IMG/VR virus record: IMGVR_UViG_3300044795_000021
Span: 1-49,720 of that record
Source: a virus
Taxonomy: Duplodnaviria; Caudoviricetes
Direction: 5' to 3' (one strand)
Length of the DNA: 49,720 nucleotides
Under the pieces are notes generated by a model that was given only the letters and a program-made list of their open reading frames with translations, had not been told where the DNA came from and made no database searches. The position numbers were made by a program, and so were the translations under genes. Every line of letters begins with the position of its first letter. Positions within the stretch are counted from its first letter, which is position 1. Below are positions 1-9,635 of this stretch, piece by piece.

Positions 1-246
1 CTACAATCAGCAGATACAGACGCTGACGGGCCTCTCCGGCGCTAACATCATGCCGGCGAACGCAGCGCAGATGATGGGGGCGGCTGGAGCGGCGCAGGGT
101 AGCTTCGGAGCCGGTCTCCAGTCCACTCTAGGAAGCGTTGGAAATCTAATCAACCGATTCTTCCCAGATACCACGCCGGCGTTCGGCCAGATGGGCACTA
201 CAGGATACCCTGTGACAGGCGGAGCTGGTACTGACCCGAGTATGTA
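1..246. repeat. Terminal direct repeat / circular-assembly overlap (copy 1)
   Basis: 1-246 matches 49475-49720 except at positions 127 and 130. It lies inside a coding sequence. Confidence 0.97.
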
Positions 247-427
247 TGGGTGGTCGCCGTACAGCCCAAGCGTTGTCGCAGGTGACGCTTCTGCAGGCGG
301 AGGCGGGCTAGCAGGAGGGGCTCCGGACTGGCTGGGATGGACCGGCGACACCGGCGCAGGCGGCTTCGATATGACTGCCGGCGCTGGAGCAGGAGGGATC
401 GACCTATCGGGGCTGTTCCAGGGGTAG
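1..427 (+). CDS. C-terminal part of a Gly-rich DNA ejection/pilot protein (gene starts at 49005 and crosses the origin; 298 aa in total)
   Basis: The frame of ORF 50..427 continues the ORF from ATG 49005 through the terminal overlap. It ends at TAG 425-427. Confidence 0.75.
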   Translation, partial: YNQQIQTLTGLSGANIMPANAAQMMGAAGAAQGSFGAGLQSTLGSVGNLINRFFPDTTPAFGQMGTTGYPVTGGAGTDPSMYGWSPYSPSVVAGDASAGGGGLAGGAPDWLGWTGDTGAGGFDMTAGAGAGGIDLSGLFQG

Positions 428-1374
428 CGCCTACCTTCGCCCCTGGGACTGTTGGACAGGTAGGCGCTGCCGGCGTACCCACGCTCGGCAACCTGAGCGG
501 CCTGCAAGCTGCTCAGCTCGGCCTTGCCGGCGCTGGCAACATTCTAGGGGTGATGCAGGGGCTGCAGGCAGGAGGACTTTCGGGATATGGACAAGCAGGC
601 ATCAATCTCGGGGCGCTCGCCACTCGGGGCCTGGGAGCAACTGGAGCTATTTCCGGGGCTACAGCATCCGAACTCGGCTCCGCTCTGGGGTACGCAGCCA
701 TCCCTCTATCCGTTTATAACTTCGCCAAGAATTGGCAGAGCGGCAGCACTTGGAGCGACGCGCTCGCCGGCGCCTCGACCGGCGCAGCCATCGGATCAGT
801 CGTTCCGGGGATCGGAACCTTGATTGGAGCAGGACTAGGAGCGGGGATCGGGGCGCTATCGTCCGCCTTTGGCGGAGGGAGAACGTCGGCGGAGGCCTAC
901 GGACAGCGCGGAATTGATGTGTCGCTGGCGGGAGCGACGACGGGGCAGAGGTCGCAGGCATTCGGGCAAGCCTCTCCATCCCAGTCCATCCAGTACATCC
1001 AGGGTGCGATGAGCGCCCACGACCAGTCTCCCGGCCACGCCGAGCCGATCCAGCTCGTCTGGGGCAAGGACAACGTGAACGGCTTTGTGACGGACATGAC
1101 GAGCTATATAGATTCCCAGATCCAGTCCGGAAAGCTCGCCCCCAACACCCCGCCGCAGCAGATCTATCAGCAGGTAGTCGCGCCTTGGCTGGCTTCGAAG
1201 GGCGCCTCCATTAACCCGAACCAGTACGATGTGCAGGGGAATCCGGAGGGCCAGAACCTGATAGATGCGGTCACGCAGGTCATCGGATTGTATCAGATGG
1301 GAGCGCTGACTGCCCAGACGCCGGTGGGTGCGCAGGGACAGACGATCTCCGGCCTAGTCGCCTACGGAGCGTAG
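337..1374 (+). CDS. Gly/Ala-rich putative ejection (internal virion) protein with glycine-zipper segment; true start uncertain
   Basis: GAAIGSVVPGIGTLIGAGLGAGIGALSS glycine zipper; position among the ejection genes. The first ~25 codons look non-coding. Confidence 0.7.
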   Translation: MDRRHRRRRLRYDCRRWSRRDRPIGAVPGVAPTFAPGTVGQVGAAGVPTLGNLSGLQAAQLGLAGAGNILGVMQGLQAGGLSGYGQAGINLGALATRGLGATGAISGATASELGSALGYAAIPLSVYNFAKNWQSGSTWSDALAGASTGAAIGSVVPGIGTLIGAGLGAGIGALSSAFGGGRTSAEAYGQRGIDVSLAGATTGQRSQAFGQASPSQSIQYIQGAMSAHDQSPGHAEPIQLVWGKDNVNGFVTDMTSYIDSQIQSGKLAPNTPPQQIYQQVVAPWLASKGASINPNQYDVQGNPEGQNLIDAVTQVIGLYQMGALTAQTPVGAQGQTISGLVAYGA

Positions 1375-1377
1375 TGT

Positions 1378-2622
1378 ATGCCCGGTCCAACTTTGGGTTC
1401 GATTGCGGAAGGTGCAGTTGGTCAGCAGCTCGACCTTCAGGCGGTCCAGTTGGGCCAGTACAAGGTGGCGGAGGCGCCTATACAGCTAGCGACAGAGCGC
1501 ATCCAGCTCCAGCGAGACCAGCTTCAGTTGCAGAGGGAACTGACGCTGGCTCAGCTGATGGCGCAGGGCTCCCGCTATGCTCCGGGTGGGGCGGAGCAGG
1601 AAGGGGCGTTCGGCGGAGTGGGAGGACTCGCCGGCAACCTGATGCAGATTGCGAATTGGGAGGTGATGGCCGGGATGCCGGATCAGGCGGCGAAGACGGC
1701 CACCTCTGCCGCTCGGCTAATGGATGCTTCGTCCAGAACCGATTATCGCAACTACCGTGTCCAGACGGAGCAGATCTCCCGCTTCACCAACATGCTGGAT
1801 ACAGTCTCGAACGACGAAGCCGGGTGGTCTCAGATCGTCACGGAGATGGGTCGAGATCCAGCTATGGCTAGAAATCCTAAATTCCAGCAGCTCGCTAGGA
1901 CGCCCTACGATCCGACGCTATTCGATCGGCTGAAGGCGGGAGCGGCTACGCTGAGGGAGCAAGCGGAGATAAACTATCGCTTGGCTGCGACTAGGAACCA
2001 GACGGCGCTGGCGGATCTGGCGCCGCTGAATCGGCAGTTGAAGGAGAGTCAGATACGCGCCAACGACGCGCTGGCTCGGAAGAGGGATGGATCAGGAGTG
2101 ACGCCGGTGAAGGCGGATGACCGAAAGGCCATCGCGGAGCTGTCTATGTCAGATTTCCCTGGCACCATGCCGGGGACGCGGGAGCAGGTTGATAGGAGAG
2201 TGGCAGAGGATATGGTGAGGCTGTTACGGTCGAACCCGAACATCACTCAGAGTGAGGCAGCTCACGAGGCCTATGCGAGGGATAAGTATATGTACATCGG
2301 CCTCCCGATGATGCCGAAGACGCCAGGGACTAGGCCGGAACTAGCTCTGGATGCGCCGGCACGGGAGAAGGGCCAGACGCCGGAGCAATGGCTGGGCTCT
2401 CTGGAGCAGGGACAGTGGTACAAGTTCCCTGCCGATCCAAGGGACCCCAAGAGTCCGCTGATCCCTAGAGTGGTGATCGGGAACAAGGCTTACTCACTGG
2501 ATGAGCTGAGAGAGAATAGGCGGCTGCAGCGGGAGGCGATGGGGATGGGAGGGGAGCCGGGGAGCCTGCCGGGAGAGGAGGATGAGGATTTGAGTGGAGA
2601 TGAAGATGAGGGTCTGGAGTAA
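1378..2622 (+). CDS. Putative internal virion/ejection protein
   Basis: 414-aa helical Q/A/R-rich ORF with an acidic tail; TAATG coupling to the next gene. Confidence 0.65.
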   Translation: MPGPTLGSIAEGAVGQQLDLQAVQLGQYKVAEAPIQLATERIQLQRDQLQLQRELTLAQLMAQGSRYAPGGAEQEGAFGGVGGLAGNLMQIANWEVMAGMPDQAAKTATSAARLMDASSRTDYRNYRVQTEQISRFTNMLDTVSNDEAGWSQIVTEMGRDPAMARNPKFQQLARTPYDPTLFDRLKAGAATLREQAEINYRLAATRNQTALADLAPLNRQLKESQIRANDALARKRDGSGVTPVKADDRKAIAELSMSDFPGTMPGTREQVDRRVAEDMVRLLRSNPNITQSEAAHEAYARDKYMYIGLPMMPKTPGTRPELALDAPAREKGQTPEQWLGSLEQGQWYKFPADPRDPKSPLIPRVVIGNKAYSLDELRENRRLQREAMGMGGEPGSLPGEEDEDLSGDEDEGLE

Positions 2623-5600
2623 TGCCGCTTGATCTGACAGAGTACGCTGGTGGCCAGCCCGGCGCTGCGGCGCCTCCTCCGGGAGGCCCGCCTCCGCTCC
2701 CGCCGGACGCTGGCGCTACGAGCGCAGTCCCGCCGGTACGAGGCCAAGATCTCCCTTGGCCCCAAGCCTCCCCGCTCATCCAGCAGTACGAGTCGGGAGG
2801 TAGGAACATCCCCAATTTCGCATTCAAGGCGCACGGCACTCCCGGCGACCCCGCCCGCACAGCCTTCGGACCGTGGCAGATCACGGATGAGAACTGGCGC
2901 GAGTATGCGCCTCAGGTCGGGATCGACCTGAAGCGATATCCCACCACCCGCTCCACTGTGAGCGCCGGTGACGACCAGTCTCGCCGGCTACAGGAGAGAG
3001 TTGCGAGGAGGCTGTACGAGGAGAAGGGCTGGGCACCGTGGGTGCCCTTCAATCCGCAGCTGGCGGCGGCGGTGGGAGGGGAAGTTGTTGCTCCCAGCCG
3101 GCGGCTTGGACGTATGCCGGCGATGCCCGGAGGGCTAGATCTCGGAGCGTACTTCGAGGCGCAGCCCAAGCCGCCCACGCTCGGAGAGCGGGTAAAGGCG
3201 ATGGGGGCGAAGGTGGGAGCGGCTGCGGAGACGGCTGCTGAGAGGATCGGAGAGGAAGCCGGAAAGGCGGTGTTGGGTGCGAAGGCGGCGAGGGATCGGA
3301 TGCTGGAGGCTACGGGGAAGGCTGCGCCGGTGGTGCAGGCGGCAGTGGATAAGGCGGCGAAGGCGACAGTGGAAGCGACTGACAAGGTTATCGAGAAGGG
3401 CACTCTCGCCGGCGAGGGCCATCCCCTCTCAGACTTCGTTGCAGGCATGCTCCAAGCCCGCGTTCCGAATCCTGTGCGGGTGTTCGTGGATACAGCCAAC
3501 CAGACGGTGAATCCCCTCAAGGCGGCTGCAGACGCTTTCAGGGAGGCGTCGGATAGGGCGAAGGAAGCTGTAGACGATCCCAAGCATGAGTGGGGAGAGG
3601 GGAATCCCCTTCGGGCGCTGGCGGTTGTTACAGACGGCTTGCGGATAGTGATAGACCCACTCGTCACGGGAGCACTGTATACGGGAGGAGGGCTGCTTAA
3701 TCCCTTCTGGCAAGCAGTGAAGCAGCCCACCGCCTCCGCCATCGGCCAAGGGCTGGATCGGCTCGGAGAGACTCTGGGGAGGTTCGATGTTAAGCAGCTG
3801 TCGGAAGAGGAGATCCGAGCAGACCCTGGCAAGCTAACGACCCTGAGAGGGTGGGGGCTGACCAGGGATCAGATCAAGGCTGACATTAAGTCCGTGAAGG
3901 AACTCGTGGATGTTGGCTTGGATGTGTATGGGGGTATGGTCGGAGGGCCGGAGATAGCGGCGCTGAAGATGGCTCCGGAGGTGGAGGCGTTTGCGAAGGC
4001 GGCGGGAAGGGCGACGGAGGCGGAGCGCCGGCAGAAGGCCTACCAAGCGGCGGCGATGGCTCAGCGGGAAGGGGCTATGACGCGGCAGGCGCTGCGGAAT
4101 ATAAGGATTGCCGTTAGTCCTCCAAAGTTAGCTCCCGATCCCGATGTAGGTCCGGTCCGATTGCTGGCGATGGGACTGGATCACTCCATGGGCTTCCAGA
4201 AGGCGCATGCTGAGATAGAGCCGTATCTGAGGAATCTGACCCACGGAACCGTGATGCCGCTCGGAGATCTGATGGACAAGATCCTTCCGCATACCAGCGG
4301 CTATGCCAAGGCCTTCACGGAGAAGATGCTGAAGCATATCGACAGGAACACTACGGTAGAGATCTTCAACAACGGCAATGATATTCCAGGGCAGGGGCCG
4401 AATGTAGCTGGGGATCATGATATTGTAAGGAACCATATTAGGTTGAGGGTAGATAGCTTCTACGGTGATGGCGCTGTTAACAACGTCATGCACGAAGCCA
4501 TTCATTCCATCACTATATCGGTGATAGATAAGCTGGTTGGAGAGGAGCTGGATGCGGCTAGGCTAGCGAAGGGAAGCGAGCTGTCTAACTCTGAAATCAT
4601 GGCTATCGTCAATAATCCTAAGAGTGACATGATAAAAGAGCTGGATATGATCATAGCTGAAGCAAAGGCTAGGGTGCTGAAGTCTGGAAGGAGCTTGGAG
4701 GCTCGGGCGTTCTACGGAATTAGGGGTGCCAAAGGCCCGAGGATACAAGCTGGTGCAACGCAGCCAAATATTTGGGATGTGGCTCACCACGCTATGTCAC
4801 CCCGGTACGAGTTTCTGGCAGAGGTGTTCACAAGGACTGATTTTCAGGAGTTCCTTGCTAACTCTGAGAAGTATGCCTCTCCGAAGTATAAGTTTAGGAA
4901 TCTGATGCGGCAGATGACGACTTGGATCGGGCAGCACCTGGGGATTACCGACCCGAAGGAACTGGGGCTGCTGGATGCGGCGCTGAGGTCAGGGACGAGG
5001 ATGATGGAGACTCAGACAGCGATGGGAGGACAGAAGGCGATCGTGACGCCGGCTAGGAGGTGGATTGGAGACTACGCTTGGGCCGCTGCTAAGAGGAATC
5101 AGCCGACGATAGTGGCGAGGGATGCAGAGGGAGCGATAACAGCAGGGGACATTCGGAACGCTACGACACAGATCTTGCCGCCGGTCGAGCGGCCACCAGA
5201 ACCTATAAGGCAAGTTTTGCCGGTAGGAGCTGCTCCGCGCCTGCCACCGGAAGTCGGTAGGGCTATCAAGGCTGCTGAAACCGATACGAGGATCTCTATC
5301 GAGAGGTGGCTGCGGTCGCTGGCGCCGGAGATGCTGAGCAGGAACGCGAAGCTGGGCGCGGCGGTTATAGCGAAGGCGCTCACCCGCTACGAACAGGCGG
5401 TGGCGGCGGTCACCTACGGGTCGAGGACTCGGTTGCGGTTCTGGGCTTCGCGGAAAGACCAAGCAATGGACTTCATAGATAGGTATGAGAAGGGAGGGCC
5501 GGCGGCGTTCCACGATAATCCAGTGCTGCGGGATCTGGCTGAGCATTACAAGAGGTGGGCGGAGCGGCTGGCGAAGAAGGATATTGGGAATGGGCTGCAA

Positions 5601-7838
5601 TACGAGCCGCGCGACCACTATCTCTACCACGTCTTCTTGGATCAGGAAGGGGTGGCGGATTACTTCAACAAGAAGTATGGGAGTAAGTGGCTCGATCCGG
5701 ACTTCGTGAAGGATCGAGTCTTTGATCTGTATAAAGAGGCGCGGGATGCGGGCTTCACCCCGAAGTACGACAATCCGGAGGATATCATGCTGGCTCGGGA
5801 TTATGCCTCCAGCATGGCAGAGGAGCGAATCAATATTCTGGACGAGCTGGCTAGCCACGGACTGGCCATCCGGAAGATGCCGAAGGAGGAGGAGCGGATC
5901 ATCGTAGGGGCGCACCCGGTGACTGGAGAGATCGGAGTGCATATCTTCCCGGAGAAGCCGGCGACCGAGAAGCCTCCGAATACAGAGACCGTGCGGTCGC
6001 CCACCGGCGACATCTTCTTCGTGGACAAAGATGTACATCTGGTACTGCACAATGCGATGTTCTCGAAGGGACTGTGGGAGCTGGAGGGGCTGGAGGGGAG
6101 GGCGTTCCGGGGGTTTATGAGTCTGAAGAATGCCGTGGTGCCCTACCGGCTGGCATTCAGTCTGTTCCACCCCCTCCACATTGCGGGGATTGATATGGCA
6201 GCGGGAATGACCCGCGCTACTGCGGACATGCTCGCCGGCAAGATCCATCCCGTCACTTGGCTGGCGAAGTCGCTCGAGAGCGGCTTCAACCCGATCATGG
6301 AGACCATCAATATACCCTTCGGGAGGGGCGGGTGGCGGGTGGTGCGAGCGTTTGAGGGGAAGATACCAGAGGAGCTACTGACTGAGGACGAGCGGCTGGC
6401 GCTCAAGACCGTCTTCGAGATGGGCATCACGCCGAAGATGTCCTCTATCCATCGCTCCAACGCCCGAGCGAACTTCATGCAGGCCATGACGGACCTGATA
6501 GTAGATGCCAAGCGGGGGAGGCCGGTGAGAACGGTCTGGGATGCTTCTCGGGCCACTTGGCATCTACCCTTCGCAACAATGAGCGCCCTTGCGCACCCGA
6601 TCTTCGAGGTGTGGATACCGAGCTTGAAGACGGCATCGGCTCTAAAAGATGCAGCGAGCTGGATAGCGCGCAACCCGGAACTGGCGGCGAACGACTCGCA
6701 GCGCCTGCTCCATATGCGCCGGCTCGGGAAGAGTGTTGAGAACCGCTACGGAGAGATGGCCTACAACAAGCTGTTTTGGCAGAAGTGGATTAAGGATGTA
6801 GCGGTAGCGGATACGCTGAGCCTCGGTTGGCAGCTGGGCTTCCTTCGGGAGTACGGAGGTGGCGCGATGCAGCTCGGAAAGCTTGCTACGCACTTCCCGC
6901 AGGGACTCCAGATGGCCAAGAAGGGAGAGCTGGATAAGCTTCTCTTCGTCAGCCACTATACGATTCTGGGGGCGGGGCTGGGCGGGCTAATGACCTGGGC
7001 GATGACCGGCAAGCCGCCGGAGGGCCTGATGGACTACGTAAATCCGAGGACGGGGAAGACGAATCCGGACGGTACTCCGCAGCGCGTGACGACGATGTTC
7101 TATTCGAGGGAGTTTGCGGCGCTCTATAAGCATATGGAGAACGAGGGCCTTGCCGCCGGCGTGAGCCGGGAGATTCTGAACAAGGGCTCCGGGATCTTGA
7201 GCCTGATACATGAGAGCTGGACCGGCATCAATGAGTTCGGGCAGCATGTGAGGGATGAGGACGCTGACTTTATGACGCAAGTGGAGCAGCAGGTCGCCTA
7301 CTCACTGGCGCAGCTCGAGCCGATTTCGATGAGGGCGGTGGATTGGCACTGGAGGACGAATAGCCTCTCGGAGCTGCCGGGGAAGATGGCAGAGGGAGCG
7401 ACGCCCCTCTCCGTGTTGGGCTTCGCGCCGGAGCCGAAGTACATGCAGGAGACCAAGACGACGGCTGGCATCAAGGATACCTATCGGAGATTCGTCGCCG
7501 GCAGAGAGACGCCCTATGAGGCAGCTGAGAGATCAGAGCAGTATGCGAAGTTGCGAGACGCCTACCGGAAGGGATCGGGAGAGTGGCCGAAGATCCTGAA
7601 CCAAATGTCTGTGGATCACAAGCTGACCGGGAAGCAGCAGGCGCATCTGATCCGCTCCCTGAATGAGAACCTCACGCCGGAGATGCGGATGTTCATCAGC
7701 TTGGGTCGATGGCCAGAGAAGCAGCAAGCGCTGCTGGACAAAATGTCGCCGGCGGAGCGCCGAATGTATCTGCCGCACGCCGCCAAGACGATCCGGTGGA
7801 CCTACCGGCCGCCGGAGCGGAGGCCGAAGCAGCCATGA
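2622..7838 (+). CDS. Large internal virion protein with N-terminal lysozyme/transglycosylase-like domain and a central HExxH metallopeptidase-like motif
   Basis: 1738 aa. YESGG...TAFGPWQITDENW...GWAPW resembles a lysozyme-fold transglycosylase. VMHEAIHS is followed by a later EFLAE (zincin-like). Confidence 0.75.
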   Translation: MPLDLTEYAGGQPGAAAPPPGGPPPLPPDAGATSAVPPVRGQDLPWPQASPLIQQYESGGRNIPNFAFKAHGTPGDPARTAFGPWQITDENWREYAPQVGIDLKRYPTTRSTVSAGDDQSRRLQERVARRLYEEKGWAPWVPFNPQLAAAVGGEVVAPSRRLGRMPAMPGGLDLGAYFEAQPKPPTLGERVKAMGAKVGAAAETAAERIGEEAGKAVLGAKAARDRMLEATGKAAPVVQAAVDKAAKATVEATDKVIEKGTLAGEGHPLSDFVAGMLQARVPNPVRVFVDTANQTVNPLKAAADAFREASDRAKEAVDDPKHEWGEGNPLRALAVVTDGLRIVIDPLVTGALYTGGGLLNPFWQAVKQPTASAIGQGLDRLGETLGRFDVKQLSEEEIRADPGKLTTLRGWGLTRDQIKADIKSVKELVDVGLDVYGGMVGGPEIAALKMAPEVEAFAKAAGRATEAERRQKAYQAAAMAQREGAMTRQALRNIRIAVSPPKLAPDPDVGPVRLLAMGLDHSMGFQKAHAEIEPYLRNLTHGTVMPLGDLMDKILPHTSGYAKAFTEKMLKHIDRNTTVEIFNNGNDIPGQGPNVAGDHDIVRNHIRLRVDSFYGDGAVNNVMHEAIHSITISVIDKLVGEELDAARLAKGSELSNSEIMAIVNNPKSDMIKELDMIIAEAKARVLKSGRSLEARAFYGIRGAKGPRIQAGATQPNIWDVAHHAMSPRYEFLAEVFTRTDFQEFLANSEKYASPKYKFRNLMRQMTTWIGQHLGITDPKELGLLDAALRSGTRMMETQTAMGGQKAIVTPARRWIGDYAWAAAKRNQPTIVARDAEGAITAGDIRNATTQILPPVERPPEPIRQVLPVGAAPRLPPEVGRAIKAAETDTRISIERWLRSLAPEMLSRNAKLGAAVIAKALTRYEQAVAAVTYGSRTRLRFWASRKDQAMDFIDRYEKGGPAAFHDNPVLRDLAEHYKRWAERLAKKDIGNGLQYEPRDHYLYHVFLDQEGVADYFNKKYGSKWLDPDFVKDRVFDLYKEARDAGFTPKYDNPEDIMLARDYASSMAEERINILDELASHGLAIRKMPKEEERIIVGAHPVTGEIGVHIFPEKPATEKPPNTETVRSPTGDIFFVDKDVHLVLHNAMFSKGLWELEGLEGRAFRGFMSLKNAVVPYRLAFSLFHPLHIAGIDMAAGMTRATADMLAGKIHPVTWLAKSLESGFNPIMETINIPFGRGGWRVVRAFEGKIPEELLTEDERLALKTVFEMGITPKMSSIHRSNARANFMQAMTDLIVDAKRGRPVRTVWDASRATWHLPFATMSALAHPIFEVWIPSLKTASALKDAASWIARNPELAANDSQRLLHMRRLGKSVENRYGEMAYNKLFWQKWIKDVAVADTLSLGWQLGFLREYGGGAMQLGKLATHFPQGLQMAKKGELDKLLFVSHYTILGAGLGGLMTWAMTGKPPEGLMDYVNPRTGKTNPDGTPQRVTTMFYSREFAALYKHMENEGLAAGVSREILNKGSGILSLIHESWTGINEFGQHVRDEDADFMTQVEQQVAYSLAQLEPISMRAVDWHWRTNSLSELPGKMAEGATPLSVLGFAPEPKYMQETKTTAGIKDTYRRFVAGRETPYEAAERSEQYAKLRDAYRKGSGEWPKILNQMSVDHKLTGKQQAHLIRSLNENLTPEMRMFISLGRWPEKQQALLDKMSPAERRMYLPHAAKTIRWTYRPPERRPKQP

Positions 7839-9187
7839 AGGTACTGGTTCTGGACAATGCCGGCGAGGCGGGAGGGCTGGATCTGGCCATCCGCGCCCGC
7901 GACGCCAGTCACGAAGTCCGCTACTGGCTTCCCCCTTTCAAGGGTCAGGGCGGCCCTCGCCCCTACGGGGACGGACTGGTGGATAAGGTGGAGGATTATC
8001 GCCCCTGGATGAAGTGGGCGGAGCTGATCGTGCTGACCGGCAACGCTGATCACATGGACGATCTCGCGGAGTATTTCGGAAAGGGCTATCCGATCTTCGG
8101 CACAAATCCGAAGGCTGCGGCGCTGGAGTGCGATCGAGCGGAGGGCCAACGTGTGCTTGCGGAGGCCGGGATTGAGACCCTCCCATATAAGGTTGTTTCC
8201 AGCGCCAAGGAGGCACTGGCGCTGATCATCGAATCGCGCTCGCCTTGGGTGATGAAGCCGTGGGGAGGGGAGTGCGACAAGGCAATGACCTATGTGGCGG
8301 AGACTATGGATGATGCGATCTTCACCATCCTGCGGTGGGAGAAGGAGGGGCGGTGGAAAGGCCAGATGATGATGCAGGAGAAGGTGGAGGGGATCGAGAT
8401 TGGGATCTCGGGGATGTTCGGGCCTGGCGGCTGGTGCCACGCTTTAGAGGAGTCTTTCGAGCACAAGAAGTTTCTGGTCGGAAACTTGGGAGAGAACACC
8501 GGCGAGATGGGGACTGTGATCCGGCACGTTGGGAAGAGTAAGCTGTTTGGGCAGCTGCTCGAGCCGATAGAGGATCAGCTGCATCAGCTCAACTTTGTGG
8601 GCGACTGCAATGTGAACTGCATTGTGGATAAGCGGGGAGGGGTGTGGCCGCTGGAGTTCACGATCCGGCTCGGATGGCCAGACTACTGTATCCGGCAGGC
8701 CGTTCTGAGGGGAGACCCGGTGGAATGGATGGCGGCGCTGCTCGCCGGCGAGGATCGCTTCGATCCTCAGATGGGCCGGATAGCGGTGGGCGTGTGCCTG
8801 ATGCATGGGGACTTCCCGCGAGGAGGAGATGCCCGTCCGAAGGACCCGCTTGGGACCTGGGCCGGCTATCCCATCTATGGGATCTCGAATCGGGTGGAGG
8901 ATGCGCTGCATTGGCAGGAGGCGATGGTCTCTCCGACGCCGGCGCTGGTTGGCGATAGTGTGAAGGAGATCTCGATGGTCTGCACTGCCGGCAACTTCCC
9001 GATGGTGGTGACGGGGACCGGAGAGACGGTGCGGGAGGCTGCTGGCGAGGCCTATCAGGTGGCCTGGGGCCTCCATATCCCCTCCAACCTAATGTTCCGA
9101 ACGGATATAGGCGACGGCTTGGAGCTGGACCTGCCCCGGCTCCAGAAGCACGGCTTCGCTAAGGGGATGCGCTACGATGGCCGTTAG
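7835..9187 (+). CDS. PurD (phosphoribosylamine-glycine ligase)-like ATP-grasp enzyme
   Basis: MKVLVL start; PIFGTNPKAAALECDR, PWVMKP, MMQEKVEGIE, FEHKKFLVGNLGENTGEMG, PLEFTIRLGWP match GARS ATP-grasp motifs. ATGA overlap with the upstream gene. Confidence 0.85.
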   Translation: MKVLVLDNAGEAGGLDLAIRARDASHEVRYWLPPFKGQGGPRPYGDGLVDKVEDYRPWMKWAELIVLTGNADHMDDLAEYFGKGYPIFGTNPKAAALECDRAEGQRVLAEAGIETLPYKVVSSAKEALALIIESRSPWVMKPWGGECDKAMTYVAETMDDAIFTILRWEKEGRWKGQMMMQEKVEGIEIGISGMFGPGGWCHALEESFEHKKFLVGNLGENTGEMGTVIRHVGKSKLFGQLLEPIEDQLHQLNFVGDCNVNCIVDKRGGVWPLEFTIRLGWPDYCIRQAVLRGDPVEWMAALLAGEDRFDPQMGRIAVGVCLMHGDFPRGGDARPKDPLGTWAGYPIYGISNRVEDALHWQEAMVSPTPALVGDSVKEISMVCTAGNFPMVVTGTGETVREAAGEAYQVAWGLHIPSNLMFRTDIGDGLELDLPRLQKHGFAKGMRYDGR

Positions 9188-9623
9188 GCCGGTATACGGA
9201 CCAGAGGATTATTTCGCCCCTGGAGATTGGAACATCATATGTTCCATCTGCGGTACGAAGATGAAGTTCAGCCATGCCGTGCAGAACTGGCAGGGCCAGT
9301 GGCGGCATCCGAAGTGCGATGAGGAGCGCCACCCGCAGGACTTCGTACATTCGCGGAATGCGCAGGAGATGGCTATTCCGTATCCGCAGTATCCGGGGGA
9401 GGCTTACGCGGAAGCGTGCGATCTGAATGGGATCTCTGCGATACCGAACCTGGCGATTCCGGATTGCTCGATCCCCGACAACCCGATCACTATGGAGGTG
9501 CCGGGGAGCGAATGCCAGCCGTTCGGCCACACCGCTATTCCAGATGAGGCGGAGCCGAACTGTGCTATACCGGATGAGAAGTGTGTAACTGGAGCCGCCA
9601 CGCCCGGCGTGGTGAAGCGATAG
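9177..9623 (+). CDS. Small Cys-rich (Zn-binding) phage protein
   Basis: WNIICSICG...KCDEERHPQDFV; C-terminal AIP/IPD-C repeats. Confidence 0.7.
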   Translation: MAVRPVYGPEDYFAPGDWNIICSICGTKMKFSHAVQNWQGQWRHPKCDEERHPQDFVHSRNAQEMAIPYPQYPGEAYAEACDLNGISAIPNLAIPDCSIPDNPITMEVPGSECQPFGHTAIPDEAEPNCAIPDEKCVTGAATPGVVKR

Positions 9624-9635
9624 AGGGAACTGAAT

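Noticed and set aside
1-246. 246-bp repeat as the true physical terminal repeat
   Set aside because: It falls mid-gene and the copies differ at synonymous sites. It is more likely an assembly overlap of a circular or permuted genome.
7835-9187. PurZ / Z-genome (2-aminoadenine) system
   Set aside because: The enzyme is PurD-like (ATP-grasp), not PurA-like, and no DatZ/MazZ-type genes were recognised.
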